DNA of 64,000 nucleotides, from IMG/VR virus record IMGVR_UViG_3300005365_000022, positions 24,171 through 88,170 of that record; one strand, written 5' to 3'. The notes below the pieces were generated by a model that worked only from the letters and a program-made list of their open reading frames with translations, made no database searches and was not told the origin of the DNA. Both the position numbers and the translations under genes were made by a program. Each line of letters opens with the position of its first letter. The first letter of the stretch is position 1. Source of the DNA: a virus (Duplodnaviria > Caudoviricetes). Below are positions 54,339 to 63,938 of the stretch, piece by piece.

Positions 54339-55226
54339 TTACGCCGGGTCGGCCGGGTCGGAGGGCACGTCACGCCACCGCCCGATCTGGTGACGCGCCA
54401 TCGCGGCTAGCGACTGGCCACCGCAGACGCCATCGACCACCAGCGGGCGCCAGGTCAGGCCGACCTTAGCATCGAGCGCGTTCAGCGCGCGCTGACGTAG
54501 CTTGCCGATCTCGATGTCCTCGTTCGCGTCGTAGTCGATGCCCTCGAAGCCGAGCGCCGCGAGTCGCTGCCAGATCGCATCCCCGGGGTCTCCGACGCCG
54601 CGCCGCGCGGTCTGATCGCGATGGCCGATCACGCCGCATACCCCGGCGCCGTTGTCCTGCACGCCAGCCAGCTCGAGGCGGCGAAGCGGCATTGACCGGT
54701 AGGGACCGCGTGGCATCATCGCGGGAACAGGCAGCAGTCCGGACACCGACCCGCCGCTCCAGGTAAGCGCAGCGACTAGCGCGGCGGTGGCGTCCAGCGT
54801 GGCGGCGTAGATTCCGCCGTCCGGGCGCGTGCACATCTCGATGCCGACGCTCCGGTGGTTGATCGCCTGCGCGTGGTAGGCAGCGCACCACGTGAGGTCG
54901 GCAGCGCAGTAGATCGTGCCGTCGTAGTCGACGACGATGTGCGCGGCGCTGTGGACGCTCTCGCCGTCGCCACTATCTCTACCGGACCACATCTCGAATA
55001 TCTGCTGTGCGTGACCGGCGGGCCCGGGTCCAGAGATGATCGGCTGCGACGGGTGGCCTCCGGTCGTGTGGATCACGACGATCGACACCGGGTACCGCCG
55101 CGCGGTGTAGTCGTCGGGGCCCAGCAGGCACCAGGACGGTCCGCCGTGCTGTCCGGCGGGAGGCACGATCGTCAGGCCCGGGACGTCGTGCAGCTGGCCG
55201 GAGATCAGTAGCCCGCTCGAGGTCAC
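54339..55226 (-). CDS. Endolysin, N-acetylmuramoyl-L-alanine amidase (Amidase_2) with C-terminal PG-binding segment
   Basis: IVVIHTT, SAAHIVVD.DG, AYHA..NHRSVGIE, GHRD, DPG, LVVDGVCG. Confidence 0.85.
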   Translation of the reverse strand: MTSSGLLISGQLHDVPGLTIVPPAGQHGGPSWCLLGPDDYTARRYPVSIVVIHTTGGHPSQPIISGPGPAGHAQQIFEMWSGRDSGDGESVHSAAHIVVDYDGTIYCAADLTWCAAYHAQAINHRSVGIEMCTRPDGGIYAATLDATAALVAALTWSGGSVSGLLPVPAMMPRGPYRSMPLRRLELAGVQDNGAGVCGVIGHRDQTARRGVGDPGDAIWQRLAALGFEGIDYDANEDIEIGKLRQRALNALDAKVGLTWRPLVVDGVCGGQSLAAMARHQIGRWRDVPSDPADPA

Positions 55227-56077
55227 AGGACGCCCGCGCGCGTGGACACCGGCGCCCATCCGAGCTCAGCGCGCAGTCCAGCAAACGCTGCTCGCACGGC
55301 GATCGCGTCGACCTCGAGACCAGCGGCGGCAGGCGCGCCGGGTTGCTGCGGCGCTGGCGTCGTCGCGATCGCGAGCGCCGTGGTCAGCGCGCATTTCAGC
55401 TGCGCGTCCTTGTCGGTGAGCGGCGCCATCGCGGCCTTCAGCTTCGCCTTGTCGATGTGCTTGCCGTCGCCGCTAATCCAGCTCAGCACCGCGTCACCTG
55501 CGATCGGCAGCATCGACACGAAGGTCCCCGCCAGTGCGGGCCCCTCGCAGTTGAGCAGGGCAGATCCTCCAGTTGCCGCGAAGTCAGCCTCTCGTTGCCG
55601 AGCGCTCGCGCTGCATGCGCTCGAGCTCGACGCCAGCGCGCCAGCGATTCCGACGACGACCAGTAGACCAAGCGTGCCAGGGCCTGCCGCTCGTGCCACC
55701 TGAGGATCCGCCGGCGCCGGAACTGGGTGCGTGATCAGCGCGATCGCCCCCATCAGCGCGGTCGCGATGCCGGCGGCGGGGGATCCTCCGAACTTCCACT
55801 CGAGCACCGACGTGATGACCGCGGCGAGCCCAGTGAGCCCGGCGAGCAGGCGCCCCTGCAGGAGCCAGTGCTGGCGGTCCAGGAAGGTGCGTAGGCCGAC
55901 CATGACCAGCACCAGCGCCCCCCAGAGTGGTCCGTTCGTCACCCAGACGTCCCACGCGGTCTCGGCGGCCTGGCTGCCGGACCGGACCGGGTCGGCAGCG
56001 TTCGCCACACCGGGGAGGATCAACAGGCAGACGATCGCGAACAGCAGCCAACCCACACGAGGAATTTTTTGAGTCAT
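55223..56077 (-). CDS. Multi-TM holin-like protein with C-terminal exported domain
   Basis: Signal-like N-terminus, three further hydrophobic helices, then LLVVVGIAGALASSSSAC; directly upstream of the endolysin. Confidence 0.5.
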   Translation of the reverse strand: MTQKIPRVGWLLFAIVCLLILPGVANAADPVRSGSQAAETAWDVWVTNGPLWGALVLVMVGLRTFLDRQHWLLQGRLLAGLTGLAAVITSVLEWKFGGSPAAGIATALMGAIALITHPVPAPADPQVARAAGPGTLGLLVVVGIAGALASSSSACSASARQREADFAATGGSALLNCEGPALAGTFVSMLPIAGDAVLSWISGDGKHIDKAKLKAAMAPLTDKDAQLKCALTTALAIATTPAPQQPGAPAAAGLEVDAIAVRAAFAGLRAELGWAPVSTRAGVL

Positions 56078-56132
56078 ACGAATTATTATCAGCGGGCCGC
56101 TGATCGCGCACCAGCGTCTCCGACCATCGGCC

Positions 56133-56369
56133 TTACGGCGATCCGGAGTCGACATCAGGCGGCACAGCGATGGTGCCAGTGCCGCAGCGGCCATCCATGC
56201 CGCAGCGTGAACAGCCGCCGAGCGGATCAGATATCCGGCAGTCGAAGCTTCCGCTGCACGGCAGACCGCAAGCGTTCGGGTGAATGTTCGCGGCCGGTTG
56301 GTCAGGACACCCGGCTACGGCGAGGATCAGTGCGAGAGCAACAAAATAGGTGGACCGGGCTTTTGACAT
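56133..56369 (-). CDS. Small Cys/Pro-rich lipoprotein (o-spanin candidate)
   Basis: Lipobox LAVAG-C. Confidence 0.55.
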   Translation of the reverse strand: MSKARSTYFVALALILAVAGCPDQPAANIHPNACGLPCSGSFDCRISDPLGGCSRCGMDGRCGTGTIAVPPDVDSGSP

Positions 56370-56890
56370 GAGAGAGAGCCTTGCTGCTTGGCCGTCCCAA
56401 GATCAAGGGGCGAAGCGAACACGCTGGGGCGCGGCATCAACATGGATCCCGGGGCGGATTCACGCTCGCTGGTCGGTGGCGGCGATTGCGCATCCCCCGG
56501 GTGGCGTGGACCGGTCGTGCCGAGCTTGCGTAGATCCCAGACATGACCCTCGAGCGCATCGATTTCTCGCCGCATCTCCGCTGCCTGGGCGCGCGCCTCC
56601 GCCTGGGCCTGTACACGGCTCGAACACCCATAGGCGAAGGTGCCGACGTTGGTCGCCCCGATCGTCACCACGGCGACCACGCCGCGAATGATCCACGAGC
56701 GCCAGCGATCGGCCCCCGAGATCCATCGGGCGTCGGCATGCTGGCGATCGGCGAGCATCGCGAACATCCACCACGGCACACCGTGACCGTCGCTCAGCCC
56801 GAGCATGTGCCCGAGCTTGCGATGCTGCTCGCTCGGTTGGTCTGCGAGGTACTCTGATGGGGCGCGAGTGTCGATGGCGTCGGTCATCAC
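56327..56890 (-). CDS. Single-TM protein with coiled coil (i-spanin or holin candidate)
   Basis: TM IIRGVVAVVTIGA..; 3' end overlaps the lipoprotein gene by 43 nt. Confidence 0.45.
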   Translation of the reverse strand: MMTDAIDTRAPSEYLADQPSEQHRKLGHMLGLSDGHGVPWWMFAMLADRQHADARWISGADRWRSWIIRGVVAVVTIGATNVGTFAYGCSSRVQAQAEARAQAAEMRREIDALEGHVWDLRKLGTTGPRHPGDAQSPPPTSERESAPGSMLMPRPSVFASPLDLGTAKQQGSLSCQKPGPPILLLSH

Positions 56891-56939
56891 GCACCACGCT
56901 ACCCGGCTCAGGTTGCAGCACGCCAGATCGGTGATCTTC

Positions 56940-57341
56940 CTACTGGAAGTTGTTACCGACCGCCTGCGGAGCGAGCACGAATTCAGACACCGGGATCAGC
57001 GCTGACCGCTCGGCCCCTCGGATCGACCACAGGTCGAACGTCCCGGTCTGGGCGATCATCCCGGATGTCACCGAGGCAGCCATCGCGATCACCTGTTCGT
57101 CGGCATCCGCGACGGACCTCGCCGTGAACAGCTGCCGGCCGCGGCGCGCCGCGCGGGCGGTGAGCTGGAGGAACTCGCCGGCCCGGAGCAGCACGACGCC
57201 GCCAACTGGGTTGATCAGCGTGACGCGTATGGTGGTCGTCTCGCCGACGGTCATCTCGAGCGGGCGCCGCTGGTCCACCGGGATCCCGGCGCCGTACGGC
57301 CGGGTCCCGTCGTCGTACACCACGCGCCAGATCCGGATCAC
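56940..57341 (-). CDS. Tail-associated beta-sandwich protein
   Basis: 133 aa downstream of the fibre-like gene. Confidence 0.5.
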   Translation of the reverse strand: MIRIWRVVYDDGTRPYGAGIPVDQRRPLEMTVGETTTIRVTLINPVGGVVLLRAGEFLQLTARAARRGRQLFTARSVADADEQVIAMAASVTSGMIAQTGTFDLWSIRGAERSALIPVSEFVLAPQAVGNNFQ

Positions 57342-57367
57342 GGCGCGAGCGTATCAGCTGTGCTCAT

Positions 57368-58909
57368 CTACGACCAGAACTCCGCGACGCAGCCGCCGAC
57401 CTGCCCATTGCCGCCGACGTTGCCACCCTGGCCGCCGCTCCCGCCGCCGCCGAACCCGCCGGTGTCGCCGTTCTTGCCGGCACCGACCGTGACTGGCGCG
57501 CCGCCGGCGCCGAGCTCGGTTCCTCCGCCCTGCCCGGTGAACCCCGTAACGCCGGGATCTCCGAAAGCGGAACCGCCGTATCCGAAGCTGACATATCCCC
57601 CCGAAGAGGTGCCGGCGGCAGGAGCTGCGCTGATCGCGCTGTTGATGGCAGCTCCGCTCGGTACCCCGATCCCGCCACCGCCTCCCTTGGCCGTGAAGGT
57701 CGTGCTGTTGACCGTGAAGGTCGAATCAGAACCGGCCGCCCCGTTGCCGCCCGCAGCGCTCCCGCCGCCGCCCCCGGCGCTTCCCATCGCCCACGAGAAC
57801 GACGACGAGAGCGGGACGCCTGGCGTGCCCACCTCCCGGTTGAGCAGCGCGCCAGATGATCCACCTGCGCCGACTGCCGCGGCTACCGCGCCGCCGCCGC
57901 CGCCGCCCTGGCCGATCAGGAGAAATCGAACCACCGAGGTTCCGGCCGGCAGTGTCGAGCTTCCGGATCCGGTGAGAATCAGGCGACCGAGATAGTTGCC
58001 GCCGAGCATCGTGCGAATCTGCGCCGGGGTCGCGTCTGCCCCGGCCGCTGTGGATCCGGTGATGTTCGCCTTGATCGACGTCGCCGCCATCGTCGAGAAC
58101 GAGCTGAACGCCGCCGCCGCGAGCTCCGCATCTACGCCGCCGTCGACCACCCACTGGTAGCTTCCGCCGGACGCCGCAACCACGTAGCCGATCGCCCGCG
58201 ACACGGTGCCCGGGGTGAGCGCCGGGGTCGCCGTGTTGCTCAAGAACACCGTCGCGCCGACCGACGGCGACCCGGAAGCGCTCGTGGGCACGAGCCCGAA
58301 CATGCGCACCAGCACGAGCGCGCCGGCCCCGATGCTGCCTGGCACCACGCCGTCGATCAGGACGCCGAGCGCGTTGCTGTGCGCGGCGGTTCCGAGGGCG
58401 GCAACGATGCCCGGGGCCTTAAAGCTCGCCTGGGTTCCGGAGTTGATCGTGCTGACGCCGGTCAGGCTGACGATGGTGCCGGCGCCTATGCTTCCCGGGC
58501 TCACGGCCACCACGAGGTTGGCATCGACCGAAGCGTGCAGTGTGCGGTTCAGGATCCGCTTCACCGCCAGAGCCCATCCTTGGCTGCTGCCTGCCTCGAC
58601 CGTCTCGGTCGCCGCCGGCACGCGCTCGTGCGTCCGGGCGTCCAGCACGGCAACCACCGCTGTCTGAATTAGCAGGCTATTGACGGTGAGTTGAAGCTCG
58701 TACGATCCCTCCTTGGTCGGCGTGAAGGCCACATCGCGCACGCTGGTAGAGCTCAGGCTGTCTCCGGTCCCCTCTGGTTGGTCTACGATCGACCAGCTGT
58801 AGGTTGTCTCCCCTCCAGTGTCGTGATTTGAGAGGTTAACTGCCACACCGATAGTGACGGTTGCAAATCTCGCGTCAGTCCCGTTGATCTTGATCTGCGC
58901 GGTCGGCAT
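57368..58909 (-). CDS. Tail fibre-like protein (PKD-like N-domain, Gly-rich C-terminus)
   Basis: TYSWSIVDQPEG..FTPTKEGSYELQLTV; GQGGGGGG, GAGGSSG, AKGGGGG repeats. Confidence 0.7.
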   Translation of the reverse strand: MPTAQIKINGTDARFATVTIGVAVNLSNHDTGGETTYSWSIVDQPEGTGDSLSSTSVRDVAFTPTKEGSYELQLTVNSLLIQTAVVAVLDARTHERVPAATETVEAGSSQGWALAVKRILNRTLHASVDANLVVAVSPGSIGAGTIVSLTGVSTINSGTQASFKAPGIVAALGTAAHSNALGVLIDGVVPGSIGAGALVLVRMFGLVPTSASGSPSVGATVFLSNTATPALTPGTVSRAIGYVVAASGGSYQWVVDGGVDAELAAAAFSSFSTMAATSIKANITGSTAAGADATPAQIRTMLGGNYLGRLILTGSGSSTLPAGTSVVRFLLIGQGGGGGGAVAAAVGAGGSSGALLNREVGTPGVPLSSSFSWAMGSAGGGGGSAAGGNGAAGSDSTFTVNSTTFTAKGGGGGIGVPSGAAINSAISAAPAAGTSSGGYVSFGYGGSAFGDPGVTGFTGQGGGTELGAGGAPVTVGAGKNGDTGGFGGGGSGGQGGNVGGNGQVGGCVAEFWS

Positions 58910-59135
58910 GTAAGACGTAAGGTACGATCGGGCGTTGGCGCGCGCCACTGCCCGCAGTGTGCAGAATGCCTTACGGCACCTGAGTGCTGAGCTCCCGCTA
59001 CGATGCGCTCCTGCGCCTCGGGGAGGCATTGCGCGCCGCGAGTAACGATCGATGTCTATCCGCCGGGTTGCCCATTGGCCCGCAGCGAGCATCGGCGCGA
59101 TCCGGCGATCGGATGCTCGCCGCAAGGAGCCAAAC

Positions 59136-59957
59136 GTGGAAGATTTCGCTGACGATCCAAACGCCTACGAGGAGCCCAGACCGGAGCAACCTCCCGATAT
59201 CAAACCATACCTGGAGCGGCTGATCGGCTGGGGGGCCGAGCACGCCGCGGCCGTGGAACGCGCAGCCGGCGCCGTGGAACTGGCCCGCAAGCGCATTTCT
59301 CACCTCGCGCTGTTCGGTCCAGGTGATCTGGTCCCGATCGCGATGTCGCTTCACCGGCGCACGGTCGGCCGGGACCGGCCGTTCATCGTGATCGATCCGC
59401 GCCGCAAGATAGACCCATGCTGCGGGCGATCGGCGGCGCGGAGCCTCGCGACTCTCGCCGAGGCTATGAACGCTGCACAGGGCGGAACTATCTGCATCCG
59501 CGCGATCAGGCGGCCACGCGATTGGGACGAGGCATGTGGACGGCTTGCCGACCCTGCCGAGGACGTTCGGCTCATGGTGTGCTACCCGCCAAGCCGCCTG
59601 GGCGACATCGAGCTCGCGCGGCCGACGCCGGTCGTTGTCGCGCCGCTGGCCGGCCGCGACATCCAACGCATGATCGACGAGTACGCCGAGGAGGCGCGGG
59701 CAGATCTTGACATGACGGACCAGATCACCGCGGCCCAGGCCACATGGATCGCCGCACACAGCCACGACCACAACGCGCTCGAGACCGCTGTGCGGCGCTT
59801 CATCGCGCTGTCGTGCACTCGGGGAATCTGCGACGCCGCGTACCACCTCGGCATGGCCCCGGTGTCGCTCTCCCGGTGGATGCGTCGCCGTGGGTTGACC
59901 GTCCAGCTCGTTGCCAGGGCATGGCGCCAGGATCCAGAGAGCGGCCAGCCTGGGTGA
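59136..59957 (+). CDS. Degenerate sigma54-activator-like (AAA remnant plus HTH) protein
   Basis: AAGGAG RBS/GTG; LHRRT..RDRPFIVID; AAQGGTICI; C-terminal AAYHLGMAPVSLSRW; no intact Walker A or GAFTGA. Confidence 0.5.
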   Translation: MEDFADDPNAYEEPRPEQPPDIKPYLERLIGWGAEHAAAVERAAGAVELARKRISHLALFGPGDLVPIAMSLHRRTVGRDRPFIVIDPRRKIDPCCGRSAARSLATLAEAMNAAQGGTICIRAIRRPRDWDEACGRLADPAEDVRLMVCYPPSRLGDIELARPTPVVVAPLAGRDIQRMIDEYAEEARADLDMTDQITAAQATWIAAHSHDHNALETAVRRFIALSCTRGICDAAYHLGMAPVSLSRWMRRRGLTVQLVARAWRQDPESGQPG

Positions 59958-59958
59958 T

Positions 59959-60159
59959 CTACGACCCGTCGTCCGATCTCGCCGCCTCGGCATCGGCGCG
60001 CTCGACCTCGCGCTTGATTACCAGGTACGCCCAATCGGCAAGCTTGCGGTCCGATGACCGGGCAAGCTCGATGATGCGTTTGAGCATCGACTCCGGAAGG
60101 CGTACGGCGATTCGCTCGGTGCGTTTCTCGCTTTTGTCCACGGGTCGCTGCGGCTGCAA
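59959..60159 (-). CDS. Arc/RHH DNA-binding protein
   Basis: RIAVRLPESMLKRIIELARSSDRKLADWAYLVI. Confidence 0.75.
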   Translation of the reverse strand: MQPQRPVDKSEKRTERIAVRLPESMLKRIIELARSSDRKLADWAYLVIKREVERADAEAARSDDGS

Positions 60160-60327
60160 TACGCTGGCCGGGGCTGGCCTTCACGATGTGCCGCCGGGCT
60201 ACGGGCGCCGGAGCACGCCGGGGATGGTCGTCGTCGTGATGCTGCATGGTTGCGCTCGGACGGCGTTGGCGCGCTACGAGCATCCCCTACGCGGCATGAG
60301 CGCCCTACGATCCGCTGCCGTCGTACA

Positions 60328-60669
60328 TCAGCGCATGCGCCTGGTTGTCCTGGCGCACTGGTCGCCTGACGCAGGATCCGCCGGCGCGATCGCTGCGTCG
60401 ATCGCGTCCTGCTCGGCAAGGAGTGTGCGAACGTGCGCCCGTCCCGACGTGAGGCACAAGAACCGCGGCAACAGGCGCCGCGTCTCCGCGCATGATCTGC
60501 AGTGCTCCGCTTCGGCGTCGATGATCTCGGCAGCGCAATCCTTGCACCGACGCGTCAGTGGTTTCGACTTGGCGGTCGTGGCTGCGTCGTCGTCCACGCG
60601 ATCCAGTGTACATGGGGTCAGGGAGCGGCGCGGTCCCCTGTTCGGTTGTGCGAGGTATGGGCTCACCAC
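60328..60669 (-). CDS. Cys-rich hypothetical protein
   Basis: CKDC..CRSC. Confidence 0.3.
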   Translation of the reverse strand: MVSPYLAQPNRGPRRSLTPCTLDRVDDDAATTAKSKPLTRRCKDCAAEIIDAEAEHCRSCAETRRLLPRFLCLTSGRAHVRTLLAEQDAIDAAIAPADPASGDQCARTTRRMR

Positions 60670-60842
60670 CGTACACCGAGCCGCTCCCCGACTAGACTAC
60701 AGTGTCATTGTCTGTGTGGAAGTCCAATCCGGAAGGGACTTCTCACGCCGATACTTGATGACCTGGCTCAATTTTGGTGTAGTGGCCAACGGCGCTGCGG
60801 CGCCTTGATCTATGACGGCCTCCCCTGGTCGTCGAGAAAGGT

Positions 60843-61859
60843 ATGAAGATGAGAAACCTGTATCGTGTATTGCTATTTTGTTCGCTGAGTTGGTTCATCG
60901 GGTGCGACATCCCAGATCGCACCGACGATCCGTTGTCGCGTGCTCAGGCCGCCCTGACGGCCCCGACCACGATCGCGCCCACGAGCGGGTTCGGCGATCC
61001 TGGGACGACGACCACGATCGACGCCTCCGGCAACGTTAACTGGGTGGGCGGGGCGTGGTACGTGCCGCTCGGGCTGCAGGCGGGCGACGTCGTCGGCTCG
61101 GTGTCCGTGGTCGTCCGTGACAACGGGGCGTCAAACGGGCACTCCTCGGACGGTAACAACGTGATCGCTCTCCTGGTGTCGCGCACCGCGGCAGGGGACG
61201 TCACCAAAGGATCAGCGTCGAGCACCGGCTCCGGTCTGCAGCAGACGCTTCCGATCGCCCCCACGGGTGGCTCGTACACCGTCCAGGCAGGTGACGAGAT
61301 GCTGCTCGAGACGTTCGGGATGAAGGGCGGCGCGCTCCCGGGGTTGAGCACCGTGCCGTCGATGACTGGGCCGGTGACAGTGTCGCCGCGATCCGGTCCT
61401 GTCCCGTTCAGCGCCGGGTGGCGGCTCCAGTGGAACTCAGGATCTCCATTGGCTACCGTCCACTCGATCCAGGCTCCAGCAGGAGTGCAAATTGGACTTG
61501 TGCCCATCTTTCTGAAGGGCTCTGCAGAGTTGTATGTGGCACCTGACTATATTGACACCGGAACGGTGATCATGACGGCGTCTCATGGCACTGGTCAGGA
61601 TTACACCGATCGCTTTTCGATCGGACTACAGTCACCACTTGGGTCAGGCGGCACAGGAGACCCGGTGGTGACCGCCACGGCCAGCATGGTCGCCGCCGCC
61701 GCGCGTGCCACGCCGCCGGTTTCTCTGACTGTCGGGCAGCGGTTCCTCTATGCTCGGATCGTGTCGAGATTCATCGCGTCTAACGGCACATCAAATCAGT
61801 TTGATCCGTCTCTCGATGACGCAGTGATACGAGCGGTGGGAACGTTCACCAATAAGTGA
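60843..61859 (+). CDS. Lipoprotein whose C-terminal domain is a paralogue of the C-terminus of the convergent tail gene
   Basis: Lipobox WFIG-C; C-domain WRLQWNSGSP..G.DYTDRFSIGLQ..RIVSRF..SLDDA.I.AVGT. Confidence 0.75.
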   Translation: MKMRNLYRVLLFCSLSWFIGCDIPDRTDDPLSRAQAALTAPTTIAPTSGFGDPGTTTTIDASGNVNWVGGAWYVPLGLQAGDVVGSVSVVVRDNGASNGHSSDGNNVIALLVSRTAAGDVTKGSASSTGSGLQQTLPIAPTGGSYTVQAGDEMLLETFGMKGGALPGLSTVPSMTGPVTVSPRSGPVPFSAGWRLQWNSGSPLATVHSIQAPAGVQIGLVPIFLKGSAELYVAPDYIDTGTVIMTASHGTGQDYTDRFSIGLQSPLGSGGTGDPVVTATASMVAAAARATPPVSLTVGQRFLYARIVSRFIASNGTSNQFDPSLDDAVIRAVGTFTNK

Positions 61860-63024
61860 GCGTTCCCACCGCTGAGATAATCGCATCCTCAAGAGAGGTG
61901 TCTGTGTTGTTGCTTGCTCCGGTGTTCGTGACGAAACGCGAGATTATCCGCTCGGCTACGACCTGACATCCCAGGGCTGCGATTACTGGAGGTGATCCCG
62001 CGGCCAGGGCGGTTTGAGTGGACCCATCGCACGCGATCACCTGCGAACCGGTGAACCCGTTGGTCGCCTGAAGACCGACGCTGAATCGGTCCGTGAAGTC
62101 GTGTCCGTGTTGATGCGCCGCCGTGATGGTGACCGCTGCAGATTGGATTTGTCCGCCAACTACGAACAGGCTACCTGCGCCTCGAAGACCTACCGGGGTG
62201 AACGTAACGTCTATGCCTGGCGGCGCAGCGATTGCGATCGCGGTCGCGGTCGGGGATCCGCTGTTCCACTGGACTCTCCATCTTCCCGAGAAGCGGCCGA
62301 CGCCGCCGGCGAATAGCAGGGCGCGCCTGTCGATGATGCCAATTGCGCCTATCGACGTGGCGCCATTCGGTACCAGGACCTCGGCGATCTTGATGTAGCC
62401 CGGCGTCGTCGGTGGCACCAACCCAGGGTTGCCGGACGTGCCCGTCTTGTAACTCAGCGGTGCCGTCGACGGAGAAGGATCGGTGACCGTGCCGCACTGC
62501 AGGTTGTCGATCTGGAACGCGAGCGTCTTGTTGAAGATGTGGTCGTCGTACTGGAGCGTGTTCGGGTCGAGCTGGCGGCGCGGGATGGCGTTCTCGAGGC
62601 GCCGCGGGTTCCGGACCTCGATGATGTCGATGCGCGAGTTCGGCGCGGACGGCGCCACGGGCACGTTGAAGGTCTGCGGCGTCTGGACGAGCAGCGGCTT
62701 GTACGGCGACCGGTCGTCCACGCTCTCGAGGTCCGTCGCTCCGAGGTCGGTGGGGATGTCGGTCGGGGCGAACATGAAGCCGAGCCCGGCCGAGACCGCG
62801 ACGCTCATCCCCGCCGGGGTCGACGGGACCACGCGCAGGCCGGCGCCGTGGAAGCCGCTGATCGACTGCGCGGCAGACGACCCCGCGGACACGCGGGCAT
62901 CGTGGATGTACCGGTGCGCCTCGCGGATCGTCATGTAGAGCTGCGACGAGAGTTGGTTCCAGTCGGCGGAGACCGGCCGCTCGCGGAGTCCGTAGTTGGT
63001 TTGATCGAACGGGTTGTCGGCCAT
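61846..63024 (-). CDS. Minor tail/baseplate-associated protein
   Basis: GLRVVP..GMSVAVSAG..PSAPNSRIDIIEV..GYIKIAEVLVP pattern typical of tail proteins. Confidence 0.65.
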   Translation of the reverse strand: MADNPFDQTNYGLRERPVSADWNQLSSQLYMTIREAHRYIHDARVSAGSSAAQSISGFHGAGLRVVPSTPAGMSVAVSAGLGFMFAPTDIPTDLGATDLESVDDRSPYKPLLVQTPQTFNVPVAPSAPNSRIDIIEVRNPRRLENAIPRRQLDPNTLQYDDHIFNKTLAFQIDNLQCGTVTDPSPSTAPLSYKTGTSGNPGLVPPTTPGYIKIAEVLVPNGATSIGAIGIIDRRALLFAGGVGRFSGRWRVQWNSGSPTATAIAIAAPPGIDVTFTPVGLRGAGSLFVVGGQIQSAAVTITAAHQHGHDFTDRFSVGLQATNGFTGSQVIACDGSTQTALAAGSPPVIAALGCQVVAERIISRFVTNTGASNNTDTSLEDAIISAVGTLTYW

Positions 63025-63111
63025 GAGCTATGAGGTTACGTGCGACGCTGACCGGCTGACAACCGCCCGTGCCGGTCGTGCCGCGCGTGTCGCGCGCGAT
63101 ACCCTGCCAGC

Positions 63112-63531
63112 ATGGACGAGATGCTCACCAAGATCGCCAAGCTGAACGAGGCGCAGGCGGCGAACCGCATCGACGAAGCGACATGGAAGAAGATCTTCGA
63201 CGCCGCGGCCGACGGGATGATCGTGGTGGACAGGAAGGGGACGATCATGGCGGTCAACGACCGGATCATCCACATGTTCGGGTACCCGTCGGAGGAGCTC
63301 GTCGGCAAGCCCGTGCACATCCTCCTCGCGCCGGAGTTCGTCGAGCGGCACAAGCAGCACATCCCGCTCTGGTTCAAGAACCCAACGGCTCGGCCGATGG
63401 AGAGCGGTCGCACGCTGCAGGGCAGGAACTGTGACGGCGAGATCGTCAACGTCCAGATCTCGATCGCCCCGACCGTGTACTATGGTGGCGTGCTCGGAGT
63501 CGCCACGCTCCGGCCGGTGACCGGTGGCTGA
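63112..63531 (+). CDS. Stand-alone PAS-domain protein
   Basis: IFDAAADGMIVVDRKG.I..VN..MFGY..EELVGKPVHILL..RH..GR..DG..VQISI. Confidence 0.88.
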   Translation: MDEMLTKIAKLNEAQAANRIDEATWKKIFDAAADGMIVVDRKGTIMAVNDRIIHMFGYPSEELVGKPVHILLAPEFVERHKQHIPLWFKNPTARPMESGRTLQGRNCDGEIVNVQISIAPTVYYGGVLGVATLRPVTGG

Positions 63532-63856
63532 GCGCAGCCGTCCGATCGACGACGAGCGCAACGCGCTGGTGCTCAAGGAGCTCGAGCACATCCACGCGAC
63601 GATCGCGCGGCTCGAGGGGGCGATGGGCATCCTGAGCACGAACCTCGACGCGGTCAGGACAGCCGAGCTCAAGTCGATCCGCGAGAGCCTGACCGACTCG
63701 ACGGCGCGCATCACCGCGGAGCAGGCGCGGCAGGAGAGCGATCTGAAGCTGCTGCGGTACCAGATGGGGCGGAGCAACGCGATGTGGGGGCTCATTATCA
63801 CGCCGGTCACGGCCGCGGTGGTGGCTGGGGCGATGGCGCTGCTGATGCGCCACTGA
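63524..63856 (+). CDS. Coiled-coil protein with C-terminal TM (holin/XhlA-like)
   Basis: Heptad N-part and C-terminal hydrophobic helix; overlaps the PAS stop. Confidence 0.6.
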   Translation: MAERSRPIDDERNALVLKELEHIHATIARLEGAMGILSTNLDAVRTAELKSIRESLTDSTARITAEQARQESDLKLLRYQMGRSNAMWGLIITPVTAAVVAGAMALLMRH

Positions 63857-63938
63857 GCCGAGCGTCAGCGGGTCGCCGATCGCCGGGCGTCAGCTACGAT
63901 CTGGCGCGCTCTCTGAGCTCCGCCGCATCATCGTCAGC

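Noticed and set aside
60843-63024. Diversity-generating retroelement TR/VR pair
   Set aside because: No reverse transcriptase in the window; the two copies differ widely at synonymous sites rather than only at adenines
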